DNA of 30,813 bases from an uncultured Deferribacteres bacterium (lineage in GTDB: Bacteria > Zhuqueibacterota > Zhuqueibacteria > Zhuqueibacterales > Geothermadaptataceae), in contig CAXHAT010000086.1 of assembly GCA_964014485.1 (NCBI GenBank), positions 1 to 30,813 on the forward strand, given 5' to 3'. Every line of letters starts with the position of its first letter. The stretch's first letter is position 1. The notes under the pieces are model-generated. The model searched no databases. It worked only from the letters and a program-made list of their open reading frames with translations, and had not been told where the DNA came from. Below are positions 1-9,643 of this stretch, piece after piece. Made by a program: the position numbers and the translations under genes.

Positions 1-19
1 GCCATAAATTTTTCGCTTG

Positions 20-49
20 TGTAGAGACGCGATGCATCGCGTCTCTACA
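20..49. repeat. GTAG-type REP palindrome
   Basis: Perfect 30-bp palindrome TGTAGAGACGCGATGCATCGCGTCTCTACA. It overlaps the rtcA stop codon (45-47). Confidence 0.85.
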
Positions 50-1064
50 AGTTGTGAATCGTAATTAGAAATTGATCAATTCCTGTTTCTTGTACCACGA
101 ATCGAACATCCAAAAACGTTTCAATCACGCCGATATTCGTCCGACTGTGCTCAGTCAACGGCCCGGTGAGAAATTCACCGCCGGTGATCGCCAACGGCAG
201 AAGCAGTTGATCCGCCAAATACTTGCCGATCGGCGCGTCGACTTCAAGATATTCGTTCACTTCCGCGCAGACTTCCTCCGCGACCGTCTCCGCGCGAATG
301 CCGCGCCTGCCAAAAGCGGTGAAAACTTCCGTATGATGCTCGCGCTCGACAAAAACTTGAATCACATTCCCCGGCCCGGCGGCTTCAGTCGCAGCTTGAA
401 CGGAAACTTGCTTTTTAGACAATCCCAATTCTTGCAGCAAAACCCGCCGTTCTCTATCGGCAATGTGCTCGGGTAAATTCGAAAGCAGAATTTCGGAGCG
501 CATGTGGACGACCTTTTCGCTTTCAGTAAAAATCAACGGCTTCGAATCGCCGGTCGGACGAATTTGGGCAAGGAACTTTCCGCCGCCTGCTGGATAGAAT
601 CCGCGTCTTTTTAATCTCAGTTTTACGCTCGCTCCACATTTTTCAACGAACGGCAAGTACGTTTTTTCAAGAAAATCAAACGTAGGTGCGCCGGGGTTGT
701 GCGTGCCGCCAATGAGTCGGATTTGACCCAACTCTGAAGATTTCAGAAAGGCCGGTAAAATCGTTTGTAAAACAAGAATCGCGCTGCCTGCCGAGCCAAT
801 GTCGAAGCGGTAATCGCCGGGCGTCACTTTTCCAGGCTCAAAAGTGAATGCCGTCGCGTCTAAATCAACGCCTTTGGTGCGCGCCCCGCCGATTTCGGCC
901 ATAGCTCTCACAGCCGCCAGGTGCTGCAACCGCAATCCCGGCTTTTTTCGATTCGCTCGAATGTTGGAAATGCGGAACGATTTTCCAGTTATCAAAGAAA
1001 GCGACAATGCGGTGCGTAGAATCTGGCCGCCGCCTTCTCCCGCACTCCCGTCCAATTCGATCAT
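45..1064 (-). CDS. rtcA: RNA 3'-terminal phosphate cyclase
   Basis: 339 aa. N-terminus MIELDGSAGEGGGQILRTAL, with KPGLRLQHL, GGTHNP, RRGFYPAGGG and YLADQLLLPLA, all diagnostic RtcA motifs. The usual catalytic 'HLADQL' appears as 'YLADQL'. Confidence 0.95.
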   Translation of the reverse strand: MIELDGSAGEGGGQILRTALSLSLITGKSFRISNIRANRKKPGLRLQHLAAVRAMAEIGGARTKGVDLDATAFTFEPGKVTPGDYRFDIGSAGSAILVLQTILPAFLKSSELGQIRLIGGTHNPGAPTFDFLEKTYLPFVEKCGASVKLRLKRRGFYPAGGGKFLAQIRPTGDSKPLIFTESEKVVHMRSEILLSNLPEHIADRERRVLLQELGLSKKQVSVQAATEAAGPGNVIQVFVEREHHTEVFTAFGRRGIRAETVAEEVCAEVNEYLEVDAPIGKYLADQLLLPLAITGGEFLTGPLTEHSRTNIGVIETFLDVRFVVQETGIDQFLITIHNL

Positions 1065-1200
1065 GGAAATTCCTTTGCGAATAGACCAGCGTTTTTATAG
1101 TTTGCAAATCATCGGAGTTGAACGCTTCAGCGTTTTTTTGCCGCAGGCGACGATGAATCGCCGCGCTCCAATGCATCAAACTTACATAAACATTCATGTA

Positions 1201-1998
1201 ATGACCAGTCAAATCAAAATCCAAACCGTCAACGCGGTTAGCTATATCACGCCTCTGCGCGAAGGCGGCTCTTTGCCTGCCGTTGTTCTGGCCGACGATG
1301 ATGAAATGTACGTACTGAAATTTCGCGGTGCGGGACAAGGTCCGAAAGCGTTGATTGCGGAACTGCTCTCAGGCGAAATCGCCCGCAAGTTGGGTTTGCA
1401 AACGCCGGGCATTGTCTTCGCCGAGATGGATCCGATCATGGGCCGTTCAGAGCCCGATCCGGAAATTCAGGATTTATTGCGTTTCAGCGCCGGTCTGAAT
1501 CTTGGCGCGACTTTTCTGAAAAATTCGGCAAATTTCAGCCCGATCATTGAACCCAAAGTTTCATCGGAGCTGGCCTCAAAAATTGTTTGGCTGGACGCTT
1601 TCGTGATGAACGTCGACCGTACGCCGCGAAACGTCAACATGATGTTGCACCAGGACGAAGTTTGGGTGATTGATCATGGCGCGTCCTTTTATTTTCATCA
1701 CGGATGGAACCCAAAAACTGAATATCACCACTCGCCGTTCGCGATGGTGCGCGACCATGTGCTTTTGCGATTCGCCGAGGACTTGGAAAACGCAGACGCG
1801 TTGGCGCGTGAACAACTAAACGACGATTTCTTGCAAAATCTCGCCGCGCTTATTCCGGATGCTTGGCTGGAAACAAACGACCTTTTCCCGACGGCGAACA
1901 GTTGGCGTGAGGCATACCTGACGTTTTTGAAGATGCGCCTGAAATCATCGGAAATTTTTGTCACGGAGGCGAAGAATGCCAGAGCGCAGCTCGTTTGA
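1201..1998 (+). CDS. HipA-like (PI3K/PI4K-fold) kinase
   Basis: YITPLREGGSLP, YVLKFRGAGQG, NVDRTPRNVN and VIDHGASF kinase motifs. The true start is taken as ATG 1201 because the longer ORF from 844 overlaps rtcA antisense. Confidence 0.85.
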   Translation: MTSQIKIQTVNAVSYITPLREGGSLPAVVLADDDEMYVLKFRGAGQGPKALIAELLSGEIARKLGLQTPGIVFAEMDPIMGRSEPDPEIQDLLRFSAGLNLGATFLKNSANFSPIIEPKVSSELASKIVWLDAFVMNVDRTPRNVNMMLHQDEVWVIDHGASFYFHHGWNPKTEYHHSPFAMVRDHVLLRFAEDLENADALAREQLNDDFLQNLAALIPDAWLETNDLFPTANSWREAYLTFLKMRLKSSEIFVTEAKNARAQLV

Positions 1999-2359
1999 CT
2001 ACGCTGTGATTCGCGTCGCACCTTCGGTAGAACGGGAGGAATTCATTAACGCCGGGATCATCTTGTATTGCCGGACGCAAGGTTTTCTACATGCGAAAAT
2101 CATCAGAAATTTCGAAAAGCTAAAAGCTTTTGCTCCAGAAATTTCGCTGCAAAATATCAGGAAGCAATTAGAATCGATCCCCAAGATTTGCACTGGCGGC
2201 AAAGAAGCGGGCGATCTCGGCAAGCTGAGTCAATCCGAGCGTTTCAACCATCTCGTCGCGCCCAAGAGCGCCATGATTCAATCGTCTCCGGTGCATTGCG
2301 GCCTCTGCGATGACCCGCAGGCGCAGTTGGAAAAATTGTACTCCGCTCTTGTCGAATGA
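1976..2359 (+). CDS. DUF3037 domain protein
   Basis: FDYAVIRVAPSVEREEFINAGIILYC...ERFNHLVAPKSAMIQSSPVHCG. GGAGG lies upstream of ATG 1976, and the gene overlaps the kinase 3' end. Confidence 0.85.
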   Translation: MPERSSFDYAVIRVAPSVEREEFINAGIILYCRTQGFLHAKIIRNFEKLKAFAPEISLQNIRKQLESIPKICTGGKEAGDLGKLSQSERFNHLVAPKSAMIQSSPVHCGLCDDPQAQLEKLYSALVE

Positions 2360-2390
2360 ATCGAAAAAGCGATCACTCAACCTTCCCGCA

Positions 2391-2520
2391 TGTCGAAAAG
2401 CTCTCTGGTTTGTCATTCCGGAGGAATCTTTGTTATCGCCCGGTACGGGTTACGCTCAAAAGTTCAGGCTTAGATTAAAAAGATGTTTCCAACATGACTA
2501 TTCGGGGTTTTTCAGCAATC
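2391..2520. repeat. TGTC-tagged palindromic repeat/MITE-like element
   Basis: Core 2411-2498 TGTCATTCCGGAGGAATCTTTGTTATCGCCC...AAAAGATGTTTCCAACATGAC. Its reverse complement aligns with the cores at ~19104-19195 and ~20688-20778. Confidence 0.75.
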
Positions 2521-2605
2521 TCTCCCGCGTGTCGTTCAGGAAAAAATTATTTTGAACACGGGTAATACAAGCGCTCGTCTTTCTCAGATTTTTAGCGAGT
2601 AACAA

Positions 2606-5600
2606 ATGATGACTTCAAGACTCCCCAAAAGTCTGGACAAAAATCCGGCGAAAATTTTAACTGCTATCCAGCGGCTTTTCTTTCTTTTGATGACAAGCTG
2701 TATGATTTCATCACAAGCCGCCTACGCTCAGGAATCTTCGAAAAGCGCGCTCCCTGAATACTTCATCACCTGTGATCCCGACAGTTTTGCCTTTATTAAC
2801 GCCAATCCGCAAATCGATCATTTTATCCCGGTCACCATTTCTTATCAAAACAAAACCTGGACGGATACGCGGATGCGCATTCGCGGCGACGGGACGCGAA
2901 AGTTACCCAAAAAATCCTACAAAATTCAGTTCGACGGCGAGCCTTTCGCCAATGGACGCGGCACGCTCAATTTAAACGCCGAGTACGAAGACCGCAGCTA
3001 CATCCACGCCATCGTCTCCAGCCGCCTGATGCGCGAATCAGGCCAGCATTGTTTTGTCGCCGAACCCGTGCGCGTATTTCTCAACGGCGATTTTCTCGGC
3101 TTGTACATCGCCATTGAAAATATGGACGAGCAATTTCTCGAAGCGCGCAATCTGGACAAAGACGGGAATTTGTACAAGGCCACGCTGGACGGCGCATGCC
3201 TGAGCATGCTCGACGACGTCAATTTTCATTGGGAAAAAAAGACCGGCGCAAACGATGGCCGGGAAGATTTGCAGACGTTGATTGACCAAATCAACAGCGT
3301 TCCAAACGTGGATTTTCGCACGTTTTTGCAGAGCGCGTTTGACTACCAAGGGTTGATCAACATCATCGCAATGAATATGCTGGTCGCCAACGGCAGCACC
3401 TACTACCACAATTATTACATGTACCACGATCTCAATCGCAGCGGCAAATGGATGATGCTGCCCTGGGATATGGACAAGACGTTGCGGCAATACGGCATTG
3501 GCTACGCCTACCACAGAACTTCCGGCAACTGGACGCCGGACAATCCGCTGGTGGAACGAGCGTTGCTTGACGAACAAGTTTTCGCGGACGTTGAAGCGCG
3601 CATCGACGCACTGGCCGCTTCGATTTTCAATCCCGGTTTTGTCAATCCCATCATCGACAGTCTCGAAACCGTGCTTGCCGCTTCGGTTGAGCAGGATGCA
3701 GGGGACAACATCGTCGACAAAGCATTTTGGCAGAATCAGCTCGCCGCTGAAAAGCAATTTATCGCGCAACGCAAAAACGCGCTCAAGGCGCAATTCAATA
3801 CCTGGCCGCGCCCGTTTCGCGCCTATCCCGCCCCGGACGATTTTATCGGCCAGGCGACTCTGCGCTGGAGTCCGTCGCTTGATTTGGACGGCGACGAGGT
3901 CACCTACACGGTCGAGTACGGCCCCAAAAACAGCCTGCTCCCCGCCGAAACGACCGTCATTTCCGGCGTCCGGGATACCTCGCTGACTGTTGCGCCGCCA
4001 GCCGGAACGTGGTTTTGGCAAGTTTGGGCCACCGACGGCGTCAACGTTACGGCGGGGTTTGACACCTGGAACACGTTCACCGTGAAATCAGGCTCGGCGC
4101 TGCCCGCCGTCATTACAAATTGCCTGACCTTGACCGAGTCAAACAGCCCGTATTTTTCGACAGGCGACGTCGTCGTAGAAACCGGGGCTTGCTTGCATCT
4201 GGAAGCGGGCGCAGAATTTCGCTTGTCACCGGGGGCAAACCTCAACGTTCGCGGCAAATTTTCAGCAATGGGTTCCGAAAATCGCCCTGTTCGAATTCGC
4301 CGCGATCCATTTGCGGCGCCGGAATCACGTTGGGGTGGAATGATTTTCGACCGAGTTGCCGAAGCTGTCGTTCTGAAACATGTTGAGATCGAAAACACTT
4401 CAAATGGAGATGATGCAAGCCGGCGTCCCGCCGCTCTCAACGCGATTGAAAGCAACGTTGAGGTGCAAAGCGTGATTTTCAAGAATTCGAATCAATCGAT
4501 TTTTGTGCAAGGCGGTGAACTCATCGTCGACGCCTGCCGTTTTGAAGCGCTCAAAAGCGAGCGATGCGTGGAAATTGTTGGCGCCAAGACAAAAATTGAA
4601 AATTCGATTTTTACGAACATCAATGCTGAAAACGTCGTGTCGCTCTCCGGCGTAACAAGCGCACAAGTCTCTAATAATCAATTTTTTGCAATCGATGGAA
4701 CTGCGTTATTGTTAAAGGAAAACAGTCAGGACGCCCATCTGGAAAACAACGTTTTTTTAAATTGTTCACAGGCCGGAATTTCGCTGGATGAAAATTCGAG
4801 CGCGACGCTTCTTCGCAATATAATTTCGCGCTCCAAAATCGCAGTGGCGGCGCGAAACGGCGCATCTGCGACGGTTGAGCATTTGACGACATTCGAAACC
4901 GACACAGCATTCCTGGCGGAAAAAACTCTGGACGGTTTTTCCGGCGGGCGGATAACGGCCAAGAATTCAATTTTCTCCCAAACGAAATCTGAAGAATTCG
5001 TTCACGACGCTTTTTCCAGCATCGATCAATCCTGGTCTTTGGTTGAAAGCGGGATTGTTTCAGGCGAAGGCAACATCTTCGGCGATCCTTTCTTTCTCGC
5101 TCCTGGAGACGGGAATTTTGCGCTTTCGGCGAATTCACCCGCCGTCGATTCCGGCGATCCGCAAAGTCCGCTCGATCCGGACGGCACCCGCGCCGACATG
5201 GGCGCCGTTTTCTTTGATCAAATCAAAGCGACGGCCATTGTTATCAATGAAATTAACTACAACGCCGCCGCCCATTTTGACACGGACGATTGGGTCGAGT
5301 TTTTCAACAAAAGTACGCAAGAAATCGATCTGTCCGGCTGGGTCTTCCGCGACAGCGATGATTTGCACCGTTTTGAATTTCCGTTGGGAATCGTTCTCCA
5401 GCCAAACGAAGCGCTGGCGCTCTGCCAAAATCTCAGCGCTTTCCGATCACTTTTTCCGGAAATTGAAAATGTGATTGGCGAAATGGATTTTGGCTTGAGC
5501 GGCAACGGCGAACTGCTGCGTTTGTTCGACGAAGCAGGCCGCTTGGTCGATTCCGTGCGCTATGACGACGCCCTCCCCTGGCCGACAAGTGCGGACGGCG

Positions 5601-6013
5601 GCGGAGCCACGCTAGCGCTGAAACAACCGGATTTGGACAATGCGCTGGCGCAAAATTGGACGGCCTCTCTGCAAACAGGCGGTACGCCGGGATTGCCGAA
5701 CGATCAGGCTGTCGCGCTGGGCGAAATCGTCGGCGCTCCCGAAAAATTCCAACTCCGCCAGAATTATCCCAACCCTTTCGCTGACCGTACACGAATCGTA
5801 TTTTCCTTGCCGGACGAGGCACGGGTCGCTGTCAAAATCTACAACATTCGCGGGCAAGTCGTGCAGACGATTGAGCAAGGTCGCCTGACGCACGGCGAAC
5901 ATTCTTTAACTTTGGATTTGAGCAACAAGACGCTTGCGGCAGGACTTTATTTTTATACTCTTCATATTAATGAAAAAATGCAGGCTGTAAAAAAGCTGAC
6001 GATTTTACGGTGA
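2606..6013 (+). CDS. Secreted CotH kinase-family protein with beta-helix, lamin-tail domain and T9SS type A-like CTD
   Basis: Signal peptide; CotH motifs (RIRGDGTR..PKKSYKI, GLYIAIE, HNYYMY, LPWDMDKT); parallel beta-helix repeats; LTD (IVINEINYN..DWVEFFN..IDLSGWVFRD); C-terminal QNYPNPF..IYNIRGQ..GLYFY. Confidence 0.85.
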   Translation: MMTSRLPKSLDKNPAKILTAIQRLFFLLMTSCMISSQAAYAQESSKSALPEYFITCDPDSFAFINANPQIDHFIPVTISYQNKTWTDTRMRIRGDGTRKLPKKSYKIQFDGEPFANGRGTLNLNAEYEDRSYIHAIVSSRLMRESGQHCFVAEPVRVFLNGDFLGLYIAIENMDEQFLEARNLDKDGNLYKATLDGACLSMLDDVNFHWEKKTGANDGREDLQTLIDQINSVPNVDFRTFLQSAFDYQGLINIIAMNMLVANGSTYYHNYYMYHDLNRSGKWMMLPWDMDKTLRQYGIGYAYHRTSGNWTPDNPLVERALLDEQVFADVEARIDALAASIFNPGFVNPIIDSLETVLAASVEQDAGDNIVDKAFWQNQLAAEKQFIAQRKNALKAQFNTWPRPFRAYPAPDDFIGQATLRWSPSLDLDGDEVTYTVEYGPKNSLLPAETTVISGVRDTSLTVAPPAGTWFWQVWATDGVNVTAGFDTWNTFTVKSGSALPAVITNCLTLTESNSPYFSTGDVVVETGACLHLEAGAEFRLSPGANLNVRGKFSAMGSENRPVRIRRDPFAAPESRWGGMIFDRVAEAVVLKHVEIENTSNGDDASRRPAALNAIESNVEVQSVIFKNSNQSIFVQGGELIVDACRFEALKSERCVEIVGAKTKIENSIFTNINAENVVSLSGVTSAQVSNNQFFAIDGTALLLKENSQDAHLENNVFLNCSQAGISLDENSSATLLRNIISRSKIAVAARNGASATVEHLTTFETDTAFLAEKTLDGFSGGRITAKNSIFSQTKSEEFVHDAFSSIDQSWSLVESGIVSGEGNIFGDPFFLAPGDGNFALSANSPAVDSGDPQSPLDPDGTRADMGAVFFDQIKATAIVINEINYNAAAHFDTDDWVEFFNKSTQEIDLSGWVFRDSDDLHRFEFPLGIVLQPNEALALCQNLSAFRSLFPEIENVIGEMDFGLSGNGELLRLFDEAGRLVDSVRYDDALPWPTSADGGGATLALKQPDLDNALAQNWTASLQTGGTPGLPNDQAVALGEIVGAPEKFQLRQNYPNPFADRTRIVFSLPDEARVAVKIYNIRGQVVQTIEQGRLTHGEHSLTLDLSNKTLAAGLYFYTLHINEKMQAVKKLTILR

Positions 6014-6355
6014 CGTTCAGCCAACCGCAGGTGCATAAAATCGTGTTGAAAAATCCTTCCCCTCTATTCCAACAACTTGTGAAAATTTTGTTTGAGGTAA
6101 GCAATTGAAGAATTTTCAACATTACCAAAGAGCTGTTTCTCCTTGCTTCTCTTTTTTCTTCAAACTATCCTAAAAGCAATGTGCGGGGATTTCCTTTCAA
6201 GTCGTTCAAAGGCAAGAATCGGGGTCTGTGAACATGTCCTTCGGCTGGATATGCTCGCCGCGTTTTAGTCCACACTTTTTGCTCAAAGGTTTTTTCAAAA
6301 GCGGGCCAGACCTTCGAGCGTGACCATTCCTATTCTAAAAACATGGAGGGTGATC

Positions 6356-7498
6356 ATGAAAAGATCAACATTGTCAATCGTCTTGCTGGTTGGGATATTC
6401 AGTATTTTTCAAACAGCGAAAGGCCGACAAACGGAAATTTCCTATTCCGCTATTTTTACAGACACGAATAGCGAATGGGATTATGCGCTTGGGCTTGATG
6501 AACAGACATTCGAAAACATGGTCGCAGAAAAAAGCGCCGCCGGATTCCGCCTTGATCGAATGGACGTATATCCCGATACGCTTGGGACTTCCATTACGTT
6601 TGCAGCAATCTGGGTTCGAGATGATCTCAAATGGGATCTGAGAACGGATATTACGGAATTAAATTTCCCTGCGTACGCTGACAGTTTGAAAGGAGTGGGG
6701 TATCGAATTTCCGACCTTGAATTTAATGAATCGCGTAGGTATTTTGCGGTTATTTCCGTTCAAGACACCGTTGACTGGACATGGGTCGCGGGAAAAACGC
6801 AGGCAGAGTTTTTCGCAGAATTAGATAGCCAACCCGGGCGTCCGTCGAACATAAAAATTTACCGTACGCTTGACGGCTCCAGCTTTCATTTTGCCGGCGT
6901 ATGGGTCAACGACGGCGCTCGGTTCAGCAGAAAAATGATTGCCAACAGCGGTGAAATGGGAGCGAGTATTTTTGGAAAAATCTTTCAAGGTCTTCGCCTG
7001 GGAGAATTGGACTCGTTCTTTTCGGAAGGTGAATTAAAATATTGCGGGTTCTATGTCGACGCAAGCGGAACTTCGTCAACGATTTTCGCAGGAAGCGATA
7101 AAACCAAATTCATCGCAGATATTGAAGAACAAAAAAGTGAAAATCTACGCCCCGTTCTTTTTGAAATTGGCGTCGGGACGATTATCACTTCCGTCCCTGA
7201 ACCTTCGCAATCCGTTGAAAACTTCACCCTGTTTCAGAACTATCCAAACCCATTTAACCCTGAAACGCGCATCGCATGTGAGCTACCCAAAGCGGCGTTT
7301 GTCAAAGTTGAAGTCTTTACTTTGCTCGGTGAAAAAGTGAGCGTGTTAGCGCAAGAGTTCTTCACAGCCGGTTTGCACACCCTTACCTGGAACGCAACAT
7401 CATTGGCCGCCCCGCAAACACTTCCGAGCGGCATTTATATCCTTCGTGTTAAAGCCGGGGATTTTATTCAAAATCGCAAAATGACGTTAATCCGGTAG
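6356..7498 (+). CDS. Secreted protein with tandem repeats (BTRD1/polyglycine-hydrolase-like) and T9SS type A-like CTD
   Basis: GGAGG precedes ATG 6356. Signal peptide; ~50-aa repeats ending YSAIF/FAAIWV/FAVISV/FAGVWV; C-terminal FQNYPNPFNPET..SGIYILRV..KMTLIR. Confidence 0.75.
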   Translation: MKRSTLSIVLLVGIFSIFQTAKGRQTEISYSAIFTDTNSEWDYALGLDEQTFENMVAEKSAAGFRLDRMDVYPDTLGTSITFAAIWVRDDLKWDLRTDITELNFPAYADSLKGVGYRISDLEFNESRRYFAVISVQDTVDWTWVAGKTQAEFFAELDSQPGRPSNIKIYRTLDGSSFHFAGVWVNDGARFSRKMIANSGEMGASIFGKIFQGLRLGELDSFFSEGELKYCGFYVDASGTSSTIFAGSDKTKFIADIEEQKSENLRPVLFEIGVGTIITSVPEPSQSVENFTLFQNYPNPFNPETRIACELPKAAFVKVEVFTLLGEKVSVLAQEFFTAGLHTLTWNATSLAAPQTLPSGIYILRVKAGDFIQNRKMTLIR

Positions 7499-7515
7499 GT
7501 TCGCTTTACCGCGTT

Positions 7516-7545
7516 TGTCGGTGCGTCTTGCAATACGCCCCGACA
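7516..7545. repeat. Degenerate GTAG-type REP hairpin
   Basis: TGTCGGTGCGTCTTGCAATACGCCCCGACA, an imperfect 30-bp palindrome just after the stop codon. Confidence 0.55.
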
Positions 7546-7581
7546 CACAAGTATGTCTCGATCTTGCTCAAATAGTAGCAG

Positions 7582-7617
7582 AAGCCTCGGCGCTAAGAAG
7601 CGTCGGGGCTTTTTTGT
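7582..7617 (+). terminator. Intrinsic terminator
   Basis: AAGCCTCGGCGCT-AAGA-AGCGTCGGGGCTT stem-loop followed by a T-run, downstream of the 6356-7498 gene. Confidence 0.7.
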
Positions 7618-7701
7618 TCGGAGCAAATATCATCGCTGTTTAAAATGATTAGCAAGCTTACCATCTGACAAAAGAAATGAATGAAAACACGGAATTTACG
7701 T

Positions 7702-8637
7702 ATGAATCGCAGGGAATTCTTAAACGCCGGGGCGGCGGCAGGGTTGGCGTTTTCAAATTTGGGGTTAAAAGCTGCAAGCAGACAAGGCGGCGCTGCAAAA
7801 GTGCGGCGGCCAAATCCAATCGCCGTGGCGACGTATTCATTTTGGCGCTTTAAGGAAGGCCTGAAATTCCCCATCGAAAAATGCATCGATCTGGCTGCGG
7901 AAATGGGCTTCGACGGTTTGGACATTCTGCACATCCAGATGCACCGCGAGGATGACCAATACTTGCAGGAACTTAAACGCCGTGCGTTGATCAACGGCGT
8001 TGCGTTGTGCGGGTTGTCCATTCATCAAGGCTTCGTCACGCCGGACAAGGACAAGCGGCAGGAAAACATCGATCACACGATTAAGATGATCGAAATGGCT
8101 TACAAGCTCGGCATTCCGTGCATGCGCCTGAACACCGGGCGCTGGCGCACCACCAGGAGCTTCAACGAACTGATGAAAAATCGCGGCATTGAACCGCCAT
8201 TGCCGGGATACACGGAAGACGACGGCTATCCCTGGGTGATCGAAAGCATCGAAAAATGCCTGCCGACAGCGGAAAAATGCGGCGTGCTGCTGGCGTTGGA
8301 AAATCATTGGGGCTTGGGCAGAACGCCGGAAGGCTTGCTCCGTATCGTCAAGGCCGTTGATTCGCCCTGGCTCAAGATTTTGATGGACACGGGCAATTTT
8401 CTGGAGGAGCCGTATGAAAAATTGGAAATGATCGCGCCGGACACGGCGTTTGTGCAAGCCAAAACCTATTTCGGCGGCGGCACTTACTACACGCTCGACC
8501 TGGACTACGACCGCATTGCGTCCATTTTGAAAGCGCAAAATTATCGCGGCTACATTTCGCTCGAATTCGAAGGCGAAGAAGATTACCAAACGGCAATTCC
8601 GAAAAGTCTGGCGTTGCTGCGCAAGTCGTTTGGGTAA
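7702..8637 (+). CDS. Tat-exported sugar phosphate isomerase/epimerase (xylose isomerase-like TIM barrel)
   Basis: MNRREFL twin-arginine signal; GFDGLD, ALENHWG, MDTGNF and YRGYISLEFEG motifs. Alternative start at 7681. Confidence 0.85.
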   Translation: MNRREFLNAGAAAGLAFSNLGLKAASRQGGAAKVRRPNPIAVATYSFWRFKEGLKFPIEKCIDLAAEMGFDGLDILHIQMHREDDQYLQELKRRALINGVALCGLSIHQGFVTPDKDKRQENIDHTIKMIEMAYKLGIPCMRLNTGRWRTTRSFNELMKNRGIEPPLPGYTEDDGYPWVIESIEKCLPTAEKCGVLLALENHWGLGRTPEGLLRIVKAVDSPWLKILMDTGNFLEEPYEKLEMIAPDTAFVQAKTYFGGGTYYTLDLDYDRIASILKAQNYRGYISLEFEGEEDYQTAIPKSLALLRKSFG

Positions 8638-8842
8638 AATTTTGCATGAGTTCTGGACTATTTCGGACGGAACTAAAGAACTGAATTTCCCGCCCTCCCA
8701 GCCAAGTACGAACATTTGACGATTTTCCACTCAAAGCCAATTCTGCAAAAGAGCCAGCTTAACATCGCTTCCATCAGCGGCATGGAGAATTCAGAAGCGC
8801 CCAATTTAAAAATACGCCTTCCCACCTGGCGGAACCTCGTTT

Positions 8843-9000
8843 AAGTTGTCGTTGGAAGAAGTGAACACCCCGCAAAGACTGGATCAAGAGCTTCGAAGCG
8901 ATTCAAGCCGTGCAAAAACAGACGCCAGAAATAATATTGGTCAGCGTGGATGACCGGAAAGCCGATATTTATGAACTTTTCGAAAATCCTGCCAAAAGCT
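8843..9000 (+). pseudogene. IS4-family (IS50/Tn5-like) transposase remnant
   Basis: The frame from 8871 reads KDWIKSFEAIQAVQKQTPEIILVSVDDRKADIYELF, resembling the IS50-group V.DREADIYELF motif. Upstream KLSLEE is in another frame (frameshift), and there is an in-frame TGA at 8862. Confidence 0.6.
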
Positions 9001-9205
9001 CTTCGCGCGACCGTCACTCCCAAAGCTTTCTTGCAAGAAGAAACAATGGCGAGCTCAAAGGCATGACCGCCTGATCCTATAAGATCGTCCGCCTGTCCTG
9101 TAGGATAAAACCGATTTCATCCGCCTTTCGCGTTATATTTTCGCGAACAAACCGCATCGCCAGTTTGCAGCAATTCAAAGTTCAAAAACAAAAGGAAATG
9201 AAATC

Positions 9206-9628
9206 ATGTCAACCATCGCAGTCAACGATTCATTGTTACGCAAAAGCATGAAATTTAACGGCGTTTTCTCCGGCCTGTCCGGAGCCGCTTTCTTGCTGTT
9301 TTCACAAGGCTTGGCGGTTTTTATGGGGCTTGGCGCTGACGGGGCTGTTCAAAATATAAGCTTGGGCGCCTCGTTGCTTTTCTTCGCTGGTTTCCTGCTC
9401 CTCACTTCTTCGAATTGGACGCAAGAGAAGCGACGGATTTTGATTTTCTCCGGTGAGATCGCCATTCTGTTAGACGTTTTGTGGGTGCTGGGAACTGTAG
9501 CCGTTTTACTCGGCGATTTCTTTCCTTTGAGCGTTGGCGCCAAATGGATGTTTGCAATTATCGGGATTTTCGTGCTCGATTTTGCGATTTTTCAGGCGGT
9601 AGGATTGTGGCGGGTTCTCAAAAAGTAG
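9206..9628 (+). CDS. Hypothetical four-helix membrane protein
   Basis: 140 aa with four hydrophobic segments; AAGGA upstream of the ATG. Confidence 0.7.
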   Translation: MSTIAVNDSLLRKSMKFNGVFSGLSGAAFLLFSQGLAVFMGLGADGAVQNISLGASLLFFAGFLLLTSSNWTQEKRRILIFSGEIAILLDVLWVLGTVAVLLGDFFPLSVGAKWMFAIIGIFVLDFAIFQAVGLWRVLKK

Positions 9629-9643
9629 GATTTTAAATTGATA

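Noticed and set aside
844..1200. N-terminal extension of the kinase ORF (384 aa)
   Set aside because: It is antisense to rtcA and low in information. Family-like sequence starts at ATG 1201.
3038..8730. Long antisense ORFs (e.g. 3038-4021, 7837-8730)
   Set aside because: They are shadow frames of well-supported genes on the opposite strand.
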